From contig CBDHDF010000010.1 of the NCBI GenBank assembly GCA_965261545.1, positions 576,001 through 640,000 of the forward strand: DNA of 64,000 bases. The letters are read 5' to 3'. Under the pieces are notes generated by a model, which did no database searches, had not been told where the DNA came from, and saw only the letters and a program-made list of their open reading frames with translations. The DNA is from Bdellovibrionales bacterium (lineage in GTDB: Bacteria; Bdellovibrionota; Bdellovibrionia; Bdellovibrionales; UBA1609). Positions 58,226 to 64,000 of this stretch are shown here, in pieces; the first letter of the stretch is position 1; each line of letters begins with the position of its first letter. Made by a program: the position numbers and the translations under genes.

Positions 58226-59584
58226 ATGAAAAATGATGTTCTCGTGGTTTCAGCTTTTGGGCGTGGTCACTGGATGGCCGCAGAGATGGCCGTAAGGGGT
58301 CTTTCTGTTCATCTTGTGGATGTGACCGATGAAATGGGGAGATGGACTCCAGAGGATTGGGAGGGGCCTTTTGGGTTGTTTTTCTCCGAAGAACTGACCG
58401 ATCTTCAGCGAGAGCGTCTTGCCGAAGATGATTATTTAGACCCTGTTGAATGCGGCTTTACGCTGTGGCTGAAGGGAGGGGCTCTAGAGATGAGAGACCC
58501 TCTTTTTCCCTACAGGTTCCAAAGGCAGGGCTATTCTGCAAAGCTCAAAGAGTACCTGAAAATGGCAAAACATCAGGACAGAGAGTTGATCCAGAGTATT
58601 CAAGGCATGGCCTTTGATAAAAACTGGATGGCTCACTTGGCCCATCAGCTTTCATCCCATATTTTCTTAGAAAGCCCCCGTGGTATGGATCATGGTTGTC
58701 CCTTACCCTTACTTTCTCCCTACTGCATTCGTCGAGTGAGTCGTCGTGGTTATGCCAAGGGGGTGAACTGGGTGCGCTCAAAAGGAGTCGAGGTGACTTC
58801 GGGAAGTGTGGTCGATATTTTTCTTGAGCGAAAAGGCTGTCGAGCGGTGGAAATATCTCTTGAAAGTGGAGAACTTATGGCGGAGGCGAGCCAGTTTATC
58901 TGGTGTCTTAATAGTGAGGAATCCCAGTTCTTATCTCCAAAAATTTCCGAAATATTATTTCCTCAAGGTTGCGTTTCTCCTCAATGGAATTGGTTGCGCT
59001 ATCGGGTTCAACTCCTCCTTCTCTATAATCACCATGTTCATAGCCATACAGAGGCTGATCCGGAGTTATTTCAGGCCATTCCCATCAAATTCACTATGAT
59101 TGATGATATTGAGTTGCCTTGGACTCACACCAATTTGTGCATGGTTCAAAGAACCTCCAAAGAATCCGATTACGATGTTTGGGTGAGGCTCCCTCATTTT
59201 TACTGTTTTAAGAAGGATTTGCTTGAGGAGGTTTCTCAAGAAATTCTTGACTCCTTTCGTCGGCGCCTCCCCCACTGTGCTCCCAAATTGCTTGATATGC
59301 CCCAAGAACATCGATACGAAGAGGGAGACATTGGGCCAGGGCTCTTTCCTGTTTATGACAAAAAAACTCTAAGAAAGTTCAAACCTTCGTTGATAAAAAA
59401 TTTGCACTTTGATGGCTCTGAGGTGTGGGACTCTCTCGATTGGGGAGGGCAATTTCGAAGTCAAGGTGAAATTCTTCAGAAGATTTATGCCTTTTACAAG
59501 AAATACAGTTTAAAAAATTTAAAAGGAGAACCCGTGGGTGGGTGGTCCAAGGAGGCGGATCATGATTGCGCGCTACACCCGTGA
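58226..59584 (+). CDS. Hypothetical protein (possible degenerate Rossmann/FAD fold)
   Basis: 452-aa ORF between purM and purB; N-terminal beta-alpha-beta-like DVLVVSAFGRG...VHLVD. Confidence 0.65.
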   Translation: MKNDVLVVSAFGRGHWMAAEMAVRGLSVHLVDVTDEMGRWTPEDWEGPFGLFFSEELTDLQRERLAEDDYLDPVECGFTLWLKGGALEMRDPLFPYRFQRQGYSAKLKEYLKMAKHQDRELIQSIQGMAFDKNWMAHLAHQLSSHIFLESPRGMDHGCPLPLLSPYCIRRVSRRGYAKGVNWVRSKGVEVTSGSVVDIFLERKGCRAVEISLESGELMAEASQFIWCLNSEESQFLSPKISEILFPQGCVSPQWNWLRYRVQLLLLYNHHVHSHTEADPELFQAIPIKFTMIDDIELPWTHTNLCMVQRTSKESDYDVWVRLPHFYCFKKDLLEEVSQEILDSFRRRLPHCAPKLLDMPQEHRYEEGDIGPGLFPVYDKKTLRKFKPSLIKNLHFDGSEVWDSLDWGGQFRSQGEILQKIYAFYKKYSLKNLKGEPVGGWSKEADHDCALHP

Positions 59585-60887
59585 AGCCATGGGTCATATT
59601 TGGTCCCAGGAAAGCCGGTTTGAATTTATGAGACAGGTGGAGGTGGCCGTGGCTCAGGTTCAAGCTTCCATGAATATTATTCCCCGAGAGGCGGCCACGG
59701 ACATTGCTAAAAAGTCCCATTCTGTTGATATTCATCGCATTGAAGAGATCGAAAAAGTGACCAAGCACGATGTCATTGCTTTCGTTTCTCATTTGGCTGA
59801 GAAAGTGGGTCCCCATGGACGATATATCCACTTTGCTATGACTTCGTCGGATGTCTTAGATACCGCCTTAAGTTTACAGGTGCGGGCCGCAGGGGAAGAA
59901 CTTATCAAGTCTCTTCAGAAATTTGAAAATGCTTTGGAACAACAGGTGAAGAAGCATGCAATGACTCTGTGTGCAGGAAGAACCCACGGTGTTCACGCAG
60001 AACCTACCTCTTTTGGTCTCAAACTGGGAGGATTCCTTGCCGAACTTCGCCGCAATGAACTTCGCCTGAGGAGTTCTTTAAAGGACATGGAAGTGGGAAA
60101 ATTAAGTGGAGCGGTAGGAACCTACTCGGCTCAAAGCCCCCAGGTGGAGCTTGGAGTTTGCCAGAAACTCAAACTCAAGCCTGAGACCATTGCAACACAG
60201 GTGATTCCCAGAGATCGCCACGCCCAGCTTTTTCATAACCTTGCCATGTTGGGGGGAGGTTTGGAGAGGCTTGCTGTGGAGTTCAGGCATTTGCAGCGCA
60301 CAGAAGTTTCAGAGGTGAGTGAGGGGTTTTTCAAAGGGCAAAAGGGTTCGAGTGCCATGCCCCATAAGAAGAATCCTATTGGAGCAGAAAATATCACGGG
60401 GGTGGCTCGTCTGCTTCGTTCCTACAGTCAAGCGGCCATGGAAAATATTGCCCTTTGGCATGAAAGAGATATTAGTCACTCCTCTGTGGAAAGGGTGGCC
60501 CTTCCCGATGCCTTTATTCTATGTGACTATGCTGTGGATCGCATGGCCCATGTGGTGCAAGACCTTCAAGTCAACCCCAAGCGCATGCTTGAAAATATGG
60601 CTCTTTCCCAGGGGCAACTTTATAGCTCTCACATTTTGTTGGCTTTGGTTCACAAGGGGTTGTCGAGGGAGGAGGCTTATAAGATGGTTCAGCGTGTGAG
60701 CTACAGCCTCAAAGAGGGGGAGGGCTTTGAGGCTCGGTTGGTAGAGGACAAAGAGTTGTCACAGTACTTTGGTGCTGATGAGTTAAAGAAAATATTCAGT
60801 GGAGAAGTTCATAAGAAGGCCATTGCTGAGGCTCTTCGTCGAGTGGGGAGGGAGAGTGGAGACTTTGAATGTCCCCATCCACTGTGA
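59562..60887 (+). CDS. purB: Adenylosuccinate lyase
   Basis: MIARY, TKHDVIAF, GRTHGVHAEP, SSAMPHKKNP, WHERDISHSS. Confidence 0.97.
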   Translation: MIARYTREAMGHIWSQESRFEFMRQVEVAVAQVQASMNIIPREAATDIAKKSHSVDIHRIEEIEKVTKHDVIAFVSHLAEKVGPHGRYIHFAMTSSDVLDTALSLQVRAAGEELIKSLQKFENALEQQVKKHAMTLCAGRTHGVHAEPTSFGLKLGGFLAELRRNELRLRSSLKDMEVGKLSGAVGTYSAQSPQVELGVCQKLKLKPETIATQVIPRDRHAQLFHNLAMLGGGLERLAVEFRHLQRTEVSEVSEGFFKGQKGSSAMPHKKNPIGAENITGVARLLRSYSQAAMENIALWHERDISHSSVERVALPDAFILCDYAVDRMAHVVQDLQVNPKRMLENMALSQGQLYSSHILLALVHKGLSREEAYKMVQRVSYSLKEGEGFEARLVEDKELSQYFGADELKKIFSGEVHKKAIAEALRRVGRESGDFECPHPL

Positions 60888-60950
60888 CCATGACGGCGTG
60901 ACTACTTTAAGGTTGAGTTCAACTACTGGACAGACGATATTGCCGAAATT

Positions 60951-61026
60951 TGGTAGGGAGTACCGGGATCGAACCGATGACATCCACCTTGTAAGGGTGG
61001 CGCTCTACCAGCTGAGCTAACTCCCT
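60951..61026 (-). tRNA. tRNA-Val (TAC)
   Basis: AGGGAGTTAGCTCAGCTGGTAGAGCGCCACCCTTACAAGGTGGATGTCATCGGTTCGATCCCGGTACTCCCTACCA; full cloverleaf with encoded CCA. Confidence 0.96.
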
Positions 61027-61037
61027 ATTATGGACTT

Positions 61038-61178
61038 AACAACCGCCTTGGCAGCGAGCGGGTCTCGTAACTTCTTAGGACTCTCTCGCAGCAATTAACT
61101 TTGAACTGAACTTTGTGAGAATACGAGCCGCAAGCAGTAAGAGGCGAGTGGCAGCACCCTAACCCCAAAGCAGTCGTC
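61038..61178 (-). ncRNA. Candidate structured RNA / tRNA leader
   Basis: 14-bp closing stem with G-U pairs valid on the minus strand only; begins just after an extended -10 element. Confidence 0.45.
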
Positions 61179-61183
61179 ACTGT

Positions 61184-61192
61184 AGTATATCA
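61184..61192 (-). promoter_or_regulatory. Extended -10 promoter element (TGnTATACT)
   Basis: Minus strand reads TGATATACT, 5 nt before the 5' arm of the stem at 61178. Confidence 0.5.
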
Positions 61193-62548
61193 TCACGACT
61201 CTTGTAAATAAGTTTTCTCTTTATATCTAGTAGCAACAAATATGTACAAGCACCCTGCCGCTAAAATCAACCAAACAAAAAGCATGAAATAGTCCACACC
61301 ACTTATGACAGATTGACCTTGGTCATCTTGAATAAACCAGTTGACCATAGCAGTTATAATATTGCCCAAAGTCACAGACAGAAGCAAGAAGCCCATAATA
61401 ATAGACTTCAGAGAGTTGGGCGCTTGGGTGTACGAAAACTCCAAGGCTGTGATTGAAATAAGGATTTCGGCTGCTGTTATGATGACATAAGCCCAAAAGT
61501 GCCAAGCGATGGAAGGTGTTTGCCCAAGTTCAATTAAGTGCTCAACATAGGCAGGAATGACAAATGATGCAGCTGCTATAAAAAAACCAAGTCCAATTTT
61601 CCTCAGTGGAGTGATATGAAACCAGCGTCCCACCATGGGGTAAATAATAAAATTAAAGAGGGGGATAAATATCATCACCAGAATGGGATTCAAAGCTTGA
61701 ATTTGTGAAGGAAGCAGCTCAAATCTCAACCAATCCATTTGTATGGGGCCCCAGCGCAAATCTATCCACTTATTCATATCAACGGCTTGTTGAACCCATG
61801 ATGAAGCTGTTTGGTCAAAAAGAGCCCAAAAGAAAGCAATAAAAACATAAAGGGTGCAAAGGCTAAGAATAGTTTTCATACCCTCCCCCGTAAAAGCTTT
61901 TTTGGATACAGTCCCCCACCCCTTGGGCTCAGCATGGATATAGTGCTTTCTCCCTATCCAAATAATAATGGTGGCCAAAAACATAAGAAGTCCTGGAATT
62001 CCAAAAGCCACACTGGGACCAGCTGCTTTGAGGGTCCATGGGATCAGAGCTGCGGCAAAAGTGGAGCCAAAGTTAATAGAAAAGTAAAACCAGCTGTAGA
62101 CCTTAGGTATAAGGTGGCTACTTTCCTTATTGAACTGATCGCCCACAAAAGCAGAAACACAGGGTTTAATGCCCCCCGACCCAATAGCAATGAGAGTGAG
62201 GCCCACGGCAAGGCCCATTCGGGTCTCAAACAAGGCCAGTGTAAAATGGCCTAGACAGTAAACAATAGATAAGCGAATAATTGTCTTGTATTTCCCCCAA
62301 AAGGCATCGGCAATAATGGCCCCTAAGATGGGAAAGAGGTAGACACCACTGGTAAACCAGTGAAACCAAACATTGGCTTCGGCTTCACTCATAAAATCGG
62401 GAGTAAGCCCATCAGCCTGCATCATGTACTGGGTCATGAATACAACTAAAATTCCACGCATCCCATAGAAACTAAAACGCTCTGCGGCTTCATTGCCTAC
62501 AATAAATGGAATGCTTTGAGGCATTTTGTTTGCTTTTTGTTCCTGCAT
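61193..62548 (-). CDS. POT/PTR2 family proton-dependent oligopeptide transporter
   Basis: EAAERFSFYG (ExxER), GSGGIKP, FYFSINFG, AEILIS, EFSYTQAP. Confidence 0.95.
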   Translation of the reverse strand: MQEQKANKMPQSIPFIVGNEAAERFSFYGMRGILVVFMTQYMMQADGLTPDFMSEAEANVWFHWFTSGVYLFPILGAIIADAFWGKYKTIIRLSIVYCLGHFTLALFETRMGLAVGLTLIAIGSGGIKPCVSAFVGDQFNKESSHLIPKVYSWFYFSINFGSTFAAALIPWTLKAAGPSVAFGIPGLLMFLATIIIWIGRKHYIHAEPKGWGTVSKKAFTGEGMKTILSLCTLYVFIAFFWALFDQTASSWVQQAVDMNKWIDLRWGPIQMDWLRFELLPSQIQALNPILVMIFIPLFNFIIYPMVGRWFHITPLRKIGLGFFIAAASFVIPAYVEHLIELGQTPSIAWHFWAYVIITAAEILISITALEFSYTQAPNSLKSIIMGFLLLSVTLGNIITAMVNWFIQDDQGQSVISGVDYFMLFVWLILAAGCLYIFVATRYKEKTYLQES

Positions 62549-62581
62549 CTCAGCATTGGTATTACTTATTTATGACTATCG

Positions 62582-63706
62582 TCAATGCTGCCAGTGAATT
62601 TTTGTGGATTTGTGTAAGTAGTACCCGTTTTTGGCCTTGAAAATATAGCGTGGCTTTGTTTCATCGGGCTCAATCATTCGCCTAAATCGCCGGATCGTCA
62701 CATAAATCTTGTTGTCGTGAACCCTAGGATTATAGTTTTGATTCCATACCTTTGAGGCAAGATCCTTTTTAGAGTACATCTGTCCAGGGTTACCCAAGAA
62801 AAGTTTTAACATTCTCATAAGAATCGAGGGGTGTTTAATAAATATCTCCCCCTTGTGCCTTTCTACTAAAATACCCATGGACTCTTCAAAGGTGAGGTCA
62901 CATTTACGATCATCCCCTGGCCACCTTAGAGGCTCTAGGGCCTCATTGATAAGGCGACTGAGGTGAATCATATTTTGGGGATCTATGATTTTTTTGGCAA
63001 GTAACAAGTACCAGTGTGCTTTCTTCGTATCCCCCATTCCGAGGTGAATCATCCCTGCCATGTAGAGAAAGTGCATGTGGAAGTAAAGGCTTTTCTGACT
63101 TTGCAACCCTTTCTCTCCTTCCTCCCAAACCTCCATGGCTTCTTCGTACTTTTCAACCTTATAAAGAATATGACTACGAATAAGCTGACTTCTAAGATAA
63201 AGCCCCGGAAAATTTAAAGCGCTAGAGAGCACAAGAAGATTTGATGTTTCCTTAAGGGCCTCCTCAAAACGATTCCACTTTATATAAATCATCGCCAAGG
63301 TTGTGATGGCAAGGCAGACGTCCCTTCTTTGATTTTGGAACAAGGCAAGGGATAAGGATTTCTGAGCATCGTTAAATGCGGATTCCACTTGTTGGCTACA
63401 TAGGGAAGACAAGGCAAGAGCGTTGTATAGCTTAGGACTTGAAAGGCCGATGTTTTGATGAAACAATTTTTGAAGTTCACTTTGAGTGGCGAGGCCACTT
63501 TGTATGTCCTCCTGCTCCATATAAATATGTAATAAAAAGTGGTGACATGCTAAGTAAGAATCGAGGAGGGTAGGCATATTGGAAGCATAAAAAGAGGCTG
63601 CTTCATGCAGTATAGGTATTGCCAATTTAAAGTCTGCTTTTTCATAGTACAAGCGTCCTACTTCAAAGGCCCACTTACCTGAGATAGAACTCACTTTCTT
63701 CCTCAT
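62582..63706 (-). CDS. TPR + C-terminal OmpR-type winged-helix regulator
   Basis: Helical repeats; YSKKDLASKVW...IYVTIRRFRRMIEPD...GY. Confidence 0.85.
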   Translation of the reverse strand: MRKKVSSISGKWAFEVGRLYYEKADFKLAIPILHEAASFYASNMPTLLDSYLACHHFLLHIYMEQEDIQSGLATQSELQKLFHQNIGLSSPKLYNALALSSLCSQQVESAFNDAQKSLSLALFQNQRRDVCLAITTLAMIYIKWNRFEEALKETSNLLVLSSALNFPGLYLRSQLIRSHILYKVEKYEEAMEVWEEGEKGLQSQKSLYFHMHFLYMAGMIHLGMGDTKKAHWYLLLAKKIIDPQNMIHLSRLINEALEPLRWPGDDRKCDLTFEESMGILVERHKGEIFIKHPSILMRMLKLFLGNPGQMYSKKDLASKVWNQNYNPRVHDNKIYVTIRRFRRMIEPDETKPRYIFKAKNGYYLHKSTKIHWQH

Positions 63707-63726
63707 TTAGTTATATATCTTATATC

Positions 63727-64000
63727 CTACCTGGCATACCTTTTTACAAGGCTCTCACGTATCTCAGCTCCCTCAATACTCAATCGTGTCCAAGGAATCG
63801 CCAGTAGCCTTTCTGGCTCAATAAGCTCTTCGGTTTCTTCACAAATACCGTAGGTGCCAGAGTCAATACGGGAAAGAGCCATTTCAATTTCAAGTAACTG
63901 CTTTCTAAGTCGTTCATTATTGCGTAAAAATTCATCTTCAGCTAAAGCGCGGAGGGTTTGGTCTCCCTCGTCTCCCCCCTTGCTATCATCACCCGAGTGG
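63727..64000 (-). CDS. DksA/TraR family protein, 3' part (5' end outside the window)
   Basis: Manual translation: ...GGDEGDQT...EIEMALSRIDSGTYGICEETEELIEPERLLAIPWTRLSIEGAE...YAR*. Confidence 0.88.
   Translation of the reverse strand, partial: HSGDDSKGGDEGDQTLRALAEDEFLRNNERLRKQLLEIEMALSRIDSGTYGICEETEELIEPERLLAIPWTRLSIEGAEIRESLVKRYAR

Overview
This is a chromosomal window from a Bdellovibrionales-like bacterium. The taxonomy is inferred from the FHA-GGDEF DgcB-type cyclase, the TPR-winged-helix regulator, the S8 protease and the overall gene set. Most of 8-47 kb and 57-64 kb is housekeeping: nusB, hisC, cmk, rpsA, sppA, infA, tex, ResB/CcsA, uvrA, PBP1A, tsaD, slt, radA, purM, purB, tRNA-Val(TAC), a POT transporter and a partial DksA. 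Two accessory regions stand out. (1) 0.4-8 kb holds secreted-protein genes, a palindromic REP-like repeat, an IS110 apparently inserted into that repeat (with a candidate bridge RNA), and an IS4 whose transposase is fused to a DUF4338/DruA-like domain. (2) 47.4-57.2 kb holds an IS1634 with a 190-bp target duplication that has itself been hit by an IS256 and an IS4. It is followed by an ORF-less structured RNA ending in a group II intron DV/DVI-like module, and by an inverted duplication of a divergent gene pair (HTH-like gene plus unknown gene) sharing an 84-bp perfect inverted repeat. Signals missed by the ORF track include a His-rich 27-aa sORF coupled to hisC, a ~140-nt structured RNA upstream of tRNA-Val, tandem hairpin units inside the IS256, and an LpxD homolog lacking its catalytic His. 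No CRISPR array or rRNA was seen. All calls were made by eye with no database searches.
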